Origin: Setoptus koraiensis
Lineage: Eukaryota > Animalia > Arthropoda
Assembly: GCA_048013815.1 (NCBI GenBank)
Contig: CM106586.1
Coordinates: 19,716,001 to 19,780,000, forward strand
Direction: 5' to 3'
DNA: 64,000 nucleotides
Part shown: positions 1 through 10,309 of the stretch, in pieces
Layout of the letters: each line of letters starts with the position of its first letter
How positions within the stretch are numbered: position 1 is the stretch's first letter
Notes under the pieces: model-generated
The model's input: only the letters and a program-made list of their open reading frames with translations
The model's database searches: none
What the model was told of the DNA's origin: nothing
Made by a program: the position numbers and the translations under genes

Positions 1-1185
1 TCCTCTAGCGGATCCTCAGATAGACACAATAGAGATGGCAAGTCCAGGAGTAGTAGGAAGACACAACACAAATCACGATCATCACACAAAGAGACAACAC
101 AACAACAGCAGGGAAGCAGATCGCCATCAGCAAATGACAAAAATTCAAAGGCCACTGGCTCGGCATCTAAATCTAGGTCAAGATCGGCTAGTGGTTCGCG
201 GTCAGGCTCAAAATCGCCATCTCGTTCCTCTAGATCACCGCACGGCGGTGGTTCCCCATCACGCAGACGGTCGTCACGTTCTAGTTCTCAATCGGGTTCA
301 AAAAGCCCACACTCTAGAAGTCGATCGCGCTCTAGGACATCATCAAGATCTCGGAGTCGATCACCCTACCGGCGCCGTAGGGGTAGCCGCAGTAGAAGCC
401 GCAGTAGAAGTCGTAGTCGCAGCCGCAGCCGTAGTAGAGGCATCAGATCACACCATCGTTCGCGTTCACCCAGAAGTAGACGGGGCTTCAGACCGAGCCG
501 TCCTTACAGAGGAAGATTCGCTGGTAGTAGTTATGTCGGACGAAGGTATATCAAGGGAGGAGGCGGCGGCGGAAGAGACTTGCGAAGACAACGTTCCCCG
601 TGGTCTCGTAGACGTAGAACGCCATCATTTTCACCTCATCGTCGCAGAAGAACTCCGTCACCCATGTCTCCACGTAGGAGACGCAGTCCTCTCATGTCAC
701 CTAGACGTCGTATGATGTCACCTCGTAACAGGTCGCCAATAGGTCAGGACGATCGTATGTTAGATTCACCGAGAATGGCACAAAGTTTACGCTCTGGTAT
801 GCCTCATGATCACATGAATCGTCTTCTAGCTAATCAGGATCATCAGACTACTAGATCATTTGATCGAATGGCTCCCATACAGAGAAGCCCAATGCTAAAC
901 CAAGATCCAGGTTATGACACATCATTGGCCATGCGACGTTCCCCAAATATCCTACATTCAAAGACAGACGGTACCGTATCTGCACATCCACTACTACAAG
1001 CGAATTCGAGCGGACAAACGGTGCCAAGCCAGCATAGTCCTGTTGTACCTAGTAAAAGGAAGAAGGAACACAAGGACAAAAAGAAGCACAAGAAACATAA
1101 GAAACACAAGAAGCACCGAGAAAGCCCTAGCAAGAAGAAGAAGCATAAGAAACACAAGAAACACAAAAAACACAAGACCCATTGA
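1..1185 (+). CDS. 5'-partial SR/RS-rich nuclear protein (SRm160/SRRM1-like C-terminal half) with K/H-rich tail
   Basis: Frame 1 is open from base 1 to TGA at 1183-1185, which is longer than the ORF track's 580 start. It reads SSSGSSDRHNRDGKSRSSRK...RSRSRSRSRSRSR...RRRSPLMSPRRR...KKHKKHKKHKKHRESPSKKKKHKKHKKHKKHKTH*. RS dipeptides, RRRSP repeats and a KKHKKH tail are typical of speckle/splicing coactivators. The exact orthologue cannot be determined without the N-terminus. Confidence 0.8.
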   Translation, partial: SSSGSSDRHNRDGKSRSSRKTQHKSRSSHKETTQQQQGSRSPSANDKNSKATGSASKSRSRSASGSRSGSKSPSRSSRSPHGGGSPSRRRSSRSSSQSGSKSPHSRSRSRSRTSSRSRSRSPYRRRRGSRSRSRSRSRSRSRSRSRGIRSHHRSRSPRSRRGFRPSRPYRGRFAGSSYVGRRYIKGGGGGGRDLRRQRSPWSRRRRTPSFSPHRRRRTPSPMSPRRRRSPLMSPRRRMMSPRNRSPIGQDDRMLDSPRMAQSLRSGMPHDHMNRLLANQDHQTTRSFDRMAPIQRSPMLNQDPGYDTSLAMRRSPNILHSKTDGTVSAHPLLQANSSGQTVPSQHSPVVPSKRKKEHKDKKKHKKHKKHKKHRESPSKKKKHKKHKKHKKHKTH

Positions 1186-2037
1186 AACGGCACCTTATAT
1201 ACTAACTTTAATTTGAATAAAGTATTACATCTCCTGTCAGAATAGATTGACAGCTTCACACAGTAAAGTAGATATCGCTTGGATTCCAAGTTGCTCAATT
1301 TTGGACTATCGCTTAACTATCGAGTGCATTGTTTTATTAATTTCACATCCGATTCGATCACTGATATTCTTTATAATAGTCAAGAATATAGTCTTGAATA
1401 TGTGGAAAGTTGCCGCAAATTTTAGTTGCATTCAATCTAGGTAAAAGTGAGTTTACGATACTACAAAGTTGTAGAAGAGTTAGTATTTCACGCGAGTCTT
1501 GAACTGCGTAAGATGTTTCCAATACCCTTACACATGGTTCAAGAGAAATCAGACAGGGCGGCGCTACTCAGGTGCAAGAGAGTATCAGTCGATCGATAAT
1601 AAGCATTGCACCCCCTTGCGCTAAAACGCGCGCAGAGTGTGCTAGAGCAATCAAAAAAAGAAAATATTTAATGAAACACGCTGCTTTCCGCTTGACATTT
1701 TTGGGCGATGCAAGCGCCCCTGGCGGATTTTTTTAGACAGGGTTTAGGACAATTGGAGAAACCTCACACTTTACAACGGAGTTATCGGGCAACATCACAG
1801 AATGCATGCTGGTTGTGTAGCTTCGTAGGAGAAAATCACAATCGATCAATGAATTCTTTTTATCAACATATGTTGTATCGATCAGCATGACAATTAGGAG
1901 ATTTTTGTCAACGGATTAATACTCGTGTATGTTCATCCTCATATTATCTAGACATAGATCTATACATGTATATAGATGTAGATTAGTCAATCACCTAGAA
2001 TACAATATTTGCTCATCGAAAGTGACATTCTATTATT

Positions 2038-5000
2038 ATGAACGCAGTGCCTCGATTCACCAAGCACGAATATCTCGGAAGTTCATATTATGTTAAAAAT
2101 GACGAATACGATGAATACATATCTACTGCCAAAGCGCACATATTACACTCGGCCTTCAAGAAGAAATTGTTGGATCTGCCAGCTGAGATCCGAGAAAGTA
2201 AACCCGAGCCCGACCTACCAAACCGTCGATTGAAGGTGATCAACCTGAAGCAATATTATCGCCATCAGAGGCATCACCATCACCACCACAATCATCATCA
2301 TCATCATCGCAGCCATGGAAATGATCGTCACCATGGCCACAATCACCACAATGGCAACAACAATCACGCCCACCATGACAATTGTCATTTAGACATTGGT
2401 AGCGATTCAGACATAGATGTTAGCGATTCCGATCTAGATGATAGCGACAATGATATGAGTGCAGTTGCAGAGTTGCAGAGAAAACAGGCCCACCCTTACC
2501 GGCTTCACAATGAACTCTGGTATAATGACAAAGGCGAAATGAACGATGGTCCCGTGTGCCGTTGCAGTGCCAATGCTCGCAAAACCGGAATTAGGCATGG
2601 CATTTATCCTGGCGAAGATCATCTGAAGCCGTGCGATCCTCACTCTAACAATGCGGACAGACTTTACCATTACTTGTTAGTTATAGAACCTATGTCGAAC
2701 TATGTCACGAAATTTCCAACTAAGATTAGTCACGACAATCATTACTATGAATTCGAAGGATTCTCATTACTTTCTCACTCACCATTAGAAAATTTGACTC
2801 CATGCAAGATAATACGTTTCAATATTGAATACACCATCACTCTCGTACCGGATGTAGTTCCTAATAATTTCACTATTCAAGCCCTAGATATGATCCATGA
2901 ATACCTTTACAAAGAGATTCTAGAGCTGGTAGATCTAGATTGGAAAGCCTCTGGAGATCAAAATGGATGCCCAAGGTTTCACCTCTATCCTAGGTTCTGT
3001 CGAATGAATTCATCGGAAGTTAAAGAAATACTAAATATCGACGCCATCATTTCTTACTTAATACAAGAGTTTGACCTCCTAATCAATGAACCTAGACTTA
3101 ACGAAATCAAAAGCATGTCAAAGGAGGAATGGCTGGAATTTACAAAACGGTACAAAAACATGATTGTGACGGCTCCTGGCATGAAACCGGCCGCTCTCAG
3201 AGTTGACAGGATAGATTGCGATGATAGCAATGAGGAAGGCGCCAAAGCATCTGGAAAACCCGTTATAGTGCACTTTGGATCGAGGCCACCTCAATTGAGC
3301 TACGCTGGCAATCCTAAGTATCATAGAGCCTGTAAAGATCTACAAAAGTTCAGACATCTATTAGCAAATAAGCCCAAGGTTAGTTTCGATGACAGGCAAA
3401 CACTGTGTCTGAAGGAGGAACGCCTGCAGGAGATGAAGGGCAAGGGAGATTTGAAAAGAGACACAACGGTAGTACTTGGGTGTGAGGGGTTCTACACCAC
3501 GGGGTTGCTGTGTGATGTAGTCCAGCATGCGATGCTCATGCCTGTTATAGTATGCCATATCAGATTTCACCAGTCTTTGGTCAAATTGGAGGAAAAGATC
3601 AATTATCAATTTAGGGACCGCTATCTGCTGCAATTAGCCTTAACCCATCCATCATACAGAGAAAATTATGGCACCAATGCCGATCACGCCAGAAACGTCC
3701 TCACTAACTGTGGTGTCAGGCAGCCTATCTATGGTGACAAGAAGATTCATTTCCAGAACACTAGAAAGCGTGGAATAAATATGTTGATAAATATTATGTC
3801 AAGATTTGGTTGTGAACAAGAAACCATGTCTAACATTAACCATAACGAGCGACTTGAATTCCTAGGTGACGCCGTGGTCGAGTTCCTATCATCCATCCAT
3901 TTATTCTTTATATTTCCAGACTTGGAGGAGGGCGGACTAGCAACGTATAGGGCGGCACTTGTTCAAAATCAACATTTGGCTGTTCTAGCAAAAACCTTAG
4001 AACTGGACAGATATATGCTTTATGCGCACGGATCAGATTTATGTCACGACCTCGAACTCAGACACGCTATGGCCAACTGCTTTGAGGCTTTGATGGCAGC
4101 TCTATTTCTTGATGGAAGCACAGATATAGCGGACCAAGTTTTTAGCAAAGTCTTATTTGGCGATGACGAACATTTGCTCAACACATGGGTGAATTATCCG
4201 AAGCATCCATTGCAGCAGGAATATCCTGACGGAGACCGTCACTTGATTGAAGACGTGGATAGATTGCAAAAATTGGTGGAGTTTGAGGATCTGACCGGGA
4301 TAAAGTTCAATCACATTAGACTGTTAGCTAGAGCATTCACTCATCGTAGCATAGGTTTTACCAATTTAACTCTTGGAACTAATCAACGTATGGAGTTTCT
4401 AGGCGATACTGTTCTGCAATTAATAGCTTCCGAATACCTATATAAGTACTTCCCTGGTCACCACGAAGGTCATTTGTCCTTGTTGCGTAGCTCTCTGGTA
4501 AACAATCGAACTCAATCAGTAGTGTGCGACGATTTAGGTATGACTGAATTTGCCTTTATAAACTACATGAAAGGCGAACTGAAGACCAAAGATCGAGCAG
4601 ATCTTCTGGAGGCTCTACTAGGAGCTTTATACGTTGACAAAGGTTTGGAAGTGTGCCGAGTATTTTGTCAAGTGTGTTTCTTCCCTCGTTTGCAAGATTT
4701 TATCATACATCAGAATTGGAATGATCCAAAGTCAAAATTACAACAATGTTGTTTGACGTTGCGTTCATTGGACAGCTGCGAGCCGGATATACCCATATAT
4801 AAAGTAATAGAGACAATAGGACCTACTAATACAAGGGTTTATCGCGTTGCTGTTTATTTCCGAGATAAAAGACTGGCCAAAGGTGACGGACACAGCATCC
4901 AAGAGGCCGAGATGTCTGCTGCCACCAATGCCTTGAATCAATCTGCCGATTTATTTCCCCAACTGGATTACCAGAAGAAAGTATTAGAGCGACTAAATAG

Positions 5001-5211
5001 GAACTCTGCCAAGCGACCAAGACTACACAACAACATCAACAACAACAGCAACAACAGTAACAAGGGCAACAACAGCAACAGCAACAACAGCGATAACAGC
5101 AGCAGCAGCAACAACAGCAACAACAGCAACAACATCAACAACAACAGCAACAACAACAACAACAACAAATCTCCAAGCTCTATATCTGGAAACTTCTTAC
5201 CACTAATGTGA
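2038..5211 (+). CDS. drosha: Drosha (ribonuclease III class 2, Microprocessor catalytic subunit), intronless, 1057 aa
   Basis: HPYRLHNELWYNDKGEMNDGPVCRCS...GIRHGIYPGE central-domain motif; two RNase III signatures (NERLEFLGDAVVEF, NQRMEFLGDTVLQL); dsRBD (DPKSKLQQCCL...PIYKV...GPTNTRVYRVAVYF...LAKGDGHSIQEAEMSAA). Confidence 0.98.
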   Translation: MNAVPRFTKHEYLGSSYYVKNDEYDEYISTAKAHILHSAFKKKLLDLPAEIRESKPEPDLPNRRLKVINLKQYYRHQRHHHHHHNHHHHHRSHGNDRHHGHNHHNGNNNHAHHDNCHLDIGSDSDIDVSDSDLDDSDNDMSAVAELQRKQAHPYRLHNELWYNDKGEMNDGPVCRCSANARKTGIRHGIYPGEDHLKPCDPHSNNADRLYHYLLVIEPMSNYVTKFPTKISHDNHYYEFEGFSLLSHSPLENLTPCKIIRFNIEYTITLVPDVVPNNFTIQALDMIHEYLYKEILELVDLDWKASGDQNGCPRFHLYPRFCRMNSSEVKEILNIDAIISYLIQEFDLLINEPRLNEIKSMSKEEWLEFTKRYKNMIVTAPGMKPAALRVDRIDCDDSNEEGAKASGKPVIVHFGSRPPQLSYAGNPKYHRACKDLQKFRHLLANKPKVSFDDRQTLCLKEERLQEMKGKGDLKRDTTVVLGCEGFYTTGLLCDVVQHAMLMPVIVCHIRFHQSLVKLEEKINYQFRDRYLLQLALTHPSYRENYGTNADHARNVLTNCGVRQPIYGDKKIHFQNTRKRGINMLINIMSRFGCEQETMSNINHNERLEFLGDAVVEFLSSIHLFFIFPDLEEGGLATYRAALVQNQHLAVLAKTLELDRYMLYAHGSDLCHDLELRHAMANCFEALMAALFLDGSTDIADQVFSKVLFGDDEHLLNTWVNYPKHPLQQEYPDGDRHLIEDVDRLQKLVEFEDLTGIKFNHIRLLARAFTHRSIGFTNLTLGTNQRMEFLGDTVLQLIASEYLYKYFPGHHEGHLSLLRSSLVNNRTQSVVCDDLGMTEFAFINYMKGELKTKDRADLLEALLGALYVDKGLEVCRVFCQVCFFPRLQDFIIHQNWNDPKSKLQQCCLTLRSLDSCEPDIPIYKVIETIGPTNTRVYRVAVYFRDKRLAKGDGHSIQEAEMSAATNALNQSADLFPQLDYQKKVLERLNRNSAKRPRLHNNINNNSNNSNKGNNSNSNNSDNSSSSNNSNNSNNINNNSNNNNNNKSPSSISGNFLPLM

Positions 5212-6554
5212 TACAAGGCAACGATAAATAGTAGCAATAATAATAAATAATAAAAGATACTGTGGCAGTCGCGGTTGCAATCGCGAATTGATATGAGAAG
5301 AATAAAGCGTAGAAGAATGATTGGTGGCTCCCGTGGTGCCGTGGGACGCCAGTGTATGCTCACTAGACTAGATGATATAGTGTGGTGGCCGGTGATTAGT
5401 ATTGAGTTGAGCACCAGAATAATAAGATAAAAAGCGTACTTAACCTATTGCGTGTGTGGTGTGACCGTAGCATAACGATGGTGAGACACAGCGAGAGAGT
5501 GAGTGGCGTTGGTTTGCATTTGTTGGCCGCCGATCGAGATGATATCTCGTTTGCAACGTCGGTTGCAGAAGCGAGCGGCCAGTGAGCTGCCCGGCGCGTT
5601 CTGACGGAATATCTATCCGTCCAACAAGTGATCAGTTCGGACCTTGAGTGAGTTGTGCGCCGCTGCATCACTTTTGCATAACTTTGGCTTTGGCATCAGT
5701 GGAGGACGCGATAGGAAAGATGGCCGAGTGTCCAAGTGGTGCAACAGGTTGGTATCGTCCATCGCGGTTCACTGAACGACTAACGAGTTCCCACTGCCAG
5801 TCTGCCAGTGGCAGTTTGGCTGTTGCACCATCCGCACTAACTGCAGTTTGGGCATCATCTGCACCATTTGCACCACTCTGACCATTGGCACCATTCGCAG
5901 AATTGGCACCGTTGGCACCGTCTGCAGTTTGCGTAGTGTCTGCACCGTCTGCAGACTGCAGTTTGCGCACTGTCTGCACCGATCTGCGGCGCGTTGTGTG
6001 CAGTGTGTGTCGCGGCAGTTTAGTTGCGGCCATTGTGGCAGTGGGCAGTTGCATCGCGACGGCGAGTGGTAAGTGGAGCTGCAGGCTGCAGCAGCAGCAG
6101 CATCGGCTCGCAGCAGCCACAGCGTCTTGAAGACGAACAATTTTTTGTTCTTGATTCTGGGCTGCATCGCGGTGCAGCACCACCAGTGCTGCGACAGCAG
6201 TGATAGCGTTATCGTTATTGTTTTGTTATTATTGCCATCGCTATCACACTGTTCACCTACGTCGGGCCAATAGCATCGGACCCTGTCGCCATGGATACAT
6301 AACCAGCCCGTTACATAACCACACACATTCATCACTATTATTATTACTATTATCACTATTACTATTATTATTATCACTATTATCATTATTGCTGCTATTA
6401 TTATTTCATCATTGCTCGACCATCAGTATTATTAGTATTATCAATTATTGTCGATCGTCGCGACTAATAGGCACAGATTTGATTGGACATTAATTTTTTA
6501 ATTTTTTTAACATGACGACGCTGTCATTGATTCAGTAATTGGACAAAGCAACAA

Positions 6555-8279
6555 ATGGACACAGCAACAGGCACAACGACTGCGGCTCTGTTGTGGGCCG
6601 CACTGTCGCTGGCCCACGTACTCATGGGCGCCGCGTCGATGCCCCAATCGCCCATCGCCGGCCAGTCGTCGGCCATGGCAAGCGGCTCGTTCTTGGACGA
6701 CAGCAAATGCCAGCGTCTGCAGATACCATTTTGCGACGGCGTCGACTACAACGACACCATATTTCCCAACATTCTCAATCACGCCAATCAACAGGAGGCC
6801 TCGCAGGAGATCAACATATACTGGCCATTGTTAAAAGTCAACTGTTCCAGGGACATTCAGATATTTTTGTGTTCGGTGTTTGCGCCAATATGCTACCACG
6901 AAATAGAACATTTGCCCCTGGTGCAACCGTGCCGCTCACTGTGCGAATCGGCCCGTTCAGGCTGCGAGCACCTCATGACACAATTCGGCTTTCCCTGGCC
7001 AGAGACACTGGCCTGTGGCCGGTTTCCCGATTACGAGGTGGACAAATTGTGCGTCGGCCGGCCCAGCTACAACCAGTCAAACAGCAACAACCACGCCGAC
7101 ACCAACCAACTGGCCTCAAACAGACACAATGGTCCGGACCATGTGCCAAACAACAACCTGACCGGCTTCGGCGCCAACGCAAACTCTCAACGAGATCTCG
7201 AATTTCAGTGTCCTGAAAATTTCAAGACGCCGCCCGGTTACGATTCGCACGTCATTCAATTGAATGGCAAAACATACAAAAATTGCGGAATACCCTGCGA
7301 CAATGTCCTGCTCAATAAGGACGACACCGTAACGCTGCGACAATTCAACGGCCTGCTGGCCTTCGTTGCGCTAGCGGCCACTAGCTTCACCTGTGCCACA
7401 TTTCTATTCCTGTCCAAGCGATTCAGGTACCCAGAGCGGGTTATTATTATTATTGCCTTCTGTAATCTATTTGTTGCCATTTGTTACATTATTGGATTCT
7501 TCATGGACGATCAAATCGCATGCAACGAACCATTTGCGCCCCCAAAGTCCATACAAAATATCAAAATGATTCGCACGGTTACGCGCGGCAATAAAAAACC
7601 CGGCTGCACATCACTATTTATGGCCCTATATTTCTTTGACACGGCCACCTCGCTCTGGTTCCTCATGCTCGGCATCAGTTGGTTCATGTCGGCCGGCCTC
7701 ATTTGGGCCACCGAGGCCATTGAGCGCGTCTCAAACATGTTTCACATTGTCACTTGGTCCATATCGGGCCTACTAACAACAACACTGTTGGCTCTCGGCG
7801 AAATAGAGGGCGACGTCATGTCGGGCGTGTGCTATTTGGGATTCTGGAAAAAGGACTACATTTGGCTGTTTGTTGTATTGCCAAAATTGTTGTGTTTAGT
7901 TGTAGGACTGGTGCTTATATTGGCATCGTTTGTTCTATTGTCAAAAACAAGAAAAATTCTCAATCAAGAGGGAACAAAAACAGACAAACTAGAGAAGCTC
8001 ACATTGAAAATATTGACATTCACCTTTTTATTTACAATACTATACTCCATCCAGTTAATCTCAATCAAGCATGAGTACCAGAATCTCAACTCATGGCTCA
8101 CTGCCTGGCAATTGAACATATGCAAAAGTAGAGAGTACTCTATACCGTGCCCATCAAAACTTATGAGCCAACCCATGACGCCCCATTATTCTACTTTTCT
8201 ACTCAAATATGCATCAGTTCTTTCAATAGGAATCGTCTCTTGCGCTGTCAATTGGTGTAAATTCAAAATAAGAAGATGA
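6555..8279 (+). CDS. fz: Frizzled family receptor, Fz1/fz-like, intronless, 574 aa, truncated C-tail
   Basis: Signal peptide; 10-Cys CRD (CQRLQIPFC...YNDTIFPNILNH...CSRDIQIFLCSVFAPIC...PCRSLCESARSGCEHLMTQFGFPWPE); linker FQCP...CGIPC; RFRYPER; WATEAI; GDVMSGVCYLG; ICL3 GTKTDKLEKL; seven hydrophobic segments. The subfamily call is from recalled resemblance to insect fz. Confidence 0.92.
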   Translation: MDTATGTTTAALLWAALSLAHVLMGAASMPQSPIAGQSSAMASGSFLDDSKCQRLQIPFCDGVDYNDTIFPNILNHANQQEASQEINIYWPLLKVNCSRDIQIFLCSVFAPICYHEIEHLPLVQPCRSLCESARSGCEHLMTQFGFPWPETLACGRFPDYEVDKLCVGRPSYNQSNSNNHADTNQLASNRHNGPDHVPNNNLTGFGANANSQRDLEFQCPENFKTPPGYDSHVIQLNGKTYKNCGIPCDNVLLNKDDTVTLRQFNGLLAFVALAATSFTCATFLFLSKRFRYPERVIIIIAFCNLFVAICYIIGFFMDDQIACNEPFAPPKSIQNIKMIRTVTRGNKKPGCTSLFMALYFFDTATSLWFLMLGISWFMSAGLIWATEAIERVSNMFHIVTWSISGLLTTTLLALGEIEGDVMSGVCYLGFWKKDYIWLFVVLPKLLCLVVGLVLILASFVLLSKTRKILNQEGTKTDKLEKLTLKILTFTFLFTILYSIQLISIKHEYQNLNSWLTAWQLNICKSREYSIPCPSKLMSQPMTPHYSTFLLKYASVLSIGIVSCAVNWCKFKIRR

Positions 8280-9277
8280 TTACTAGATCAAAACAACGAA
8301 TTTAAGACAATATGGCAGCAAAAAGATGACACGGTATTATCAGAACGGTGGAATTTATATGTAAATATGTAAATAATCTAGAAATGAATCAAACAATTAT
8401 ACAATAAATAATATATAGCACCGGTTGTGTACGATTAACATAAATCTTTCCACTCCACCTTCTAAGGCTCCTTTGGGTTGAAAGGCTCACCTGTTGAATA
8501 GTTGGCATCATTTCAAAATTTTAAGGAATTTGCTCATTCGGGCTTACAACGGCGCCACAAGTCACCCTTCGACGGGCACGATCTGGATTACTTTGGCAAT
8601 ATTCGAAAGCTTCGAAGCCAGTTGCTGCGGAATCGCCAGCCCTAGTTTGAATATCAAAACAACAACATACATGTAGCGCGGGGTTCGACCACGATATATC
8701 ATGATGAAAGAGCATATTTTTTAATCATTACAAGCTTTTATTAAGTCGTTGTATCGGTTATTTTTGACTATTATCAAACAGGGTTTCTTTCATTACAAAT
8801 TTCTTAATAGACAATATAGGTAGTGCAGTGTATATAGTAGTGTAAGATCAAAATGAATGGCTTTTGTTGCAATAATAGAAGCAGTGAAGGAAAACAAGGA
8901 AACGAGGAACAGGTAATGTAGTTTGATTGGAAATCTACAACAGTTACAATTGTACTTGTTGCTGATAGAGATTTGGAAACAAACTCAGAATAATAACCTG
9001 TTGCTATTTTACAGCAGCGTTGTTGTTACAATCTGTTGTTATAATTAATGAGCATAATCATAACAATAATTTGTGTCTACTGTATTATGGCTGCAATGAA
9101 GTTGTGCTGTTGCACACTATACAATAATTTTATCCGTATGTAGATAGATCTGATAGATTTATAATAATTACAAAAAGGGTCTCAGCTATATTTATATATA
9201 TTTAGATATATCTTTGTTGCTATGTTTGTTGTTATTGTTGGTATTGTTGCCGTTTGAAACTCATTTCAGCTCTCTCA

Positions 9278-10309
9278 TTACTTTCCTATAGCAGCTCCCT
9301 TGCCGCCCTTTCCTGCCAAAATAACACTCTTAGCGCCGGCCGCTCCACCTTTCTTGAAGGCTGCCTTACCGAAGGCTCCCTTCTTGAATCCAGCCTTGGT
9401 GGCACCGCCAGCAGCAAAGCCTTTCGCGCCTCCCTTGGCTCCCTTCTTGAATCCGGCCGCTCCGGCTGCTCCCGCGAATCCTTTCTTGGCCACGAATCCC
9501 TTGCTGGCTCCGCCGGCCGCTCCGAAAGCTGCTCCCTTGCCAAATTTGAATGCAGAATCATGATGGAATGCCTTGATGGTACCGAAGGCCTTCTTGTGTC
9601 CGGCGGCGAAGCTACCGAATTTTCCGCCCTTCTTTCCGAATTTGGCCGCGTAACCTGCTCCACTAGCGAAACCTGCCTTCTTGCCGCCCTTCTTAAAACC
9701 GCCGGCCGCTGCCGCGGCACCCTTGGCGAATCCCGCTTTCTTGCCGGCCTTTGCCCCGAATCCGGCCGCTCCCTTGGCGCCCGACTTGAAGCCTTCAATT
9801 GGCACGACCACGATCAAACGCACGCAGATTATAGACGGGGGGGGGGGGGAATTAGTGATTTATGTTTTGCAGCAACGCCGCTTGGACTTTAGGCAAAATT
9901 GGTCATGGTCGGTGGTGCCACTATACTTACCGGCCGCTGCGCCTTTCTTGAAGCCTCCCTTGGTTATGACGGCGCCCGCCTTGCCGCCGCCCACGGCCCC
10001 AGTTTCGGCGACGCTCAGATCTCTCTCGCTGGCCGCGCCGTCTAACGGGTCTCGCAATGACAATTCCTGCAGACTCGATTGTTGCTCCAATTCTGAGTCT
10101 GATTGAGCAATTACTAAATTCGATATGATGATGCTGACGCCCACGACGGTCAAGACAAATGTCTAATGAATTGCGTCATGAACAACAACGACAACAACAG
10201 TGAGCGATTAGTCGGGCTTCATTTGAGCACACACAACTAACACGAAATCTGTTTGGCTTTGTTGGCAGTCTTGGCTACTTACCGTGGACAATTTGGTTAG
10301 TTTCACCAT
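9278..10309 (-). CDS. Secreted Gly/Ala/Lys/Phe-rich repetitive protein, 3 exons, 257 aa
   Basis: Exons 10309-10283, 10162-9931 and 9792-9278 join in frame (774 nt) with GTAAGT donors at 10282 and 9930, TAG and AAG acceptors, and a CTAAT branch site near 9850. Product: MVKLTKLSTTFVLTVVGVSIIISNLVIA (signal) - acidic QSDSELEQ...DLSVAET - (GFKKGA/GGKKAG)n. Confidence 0.85.

Noticed and set aside
35-715. 226-aa ORF in the alternative frame over the SR gene, and antisense ORFs at 912-1298
   Set aside because: These are shadow frames of the RS/KH repeats; frame 1 gives the coherent SR protein.
1-2037. Idea that the upstream RS-rich ORF is Drosha's missing RS domain
   Set aside because: It ends in its own K/H tail and stop, followed by a UTR-like AT-rich stretch. 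An in-frame TGA lies 15 nt before the Drosha ATG with no acceptor in between. Only RNA data could revive the idea.
5396-6500. ORFs such as 5668-6183(-) with ANGANG repeats
   Set aside because: They arise from 9-nt and TAT microsatellites upstream of fz; several frames are open on both strands and there is no domain or signal.
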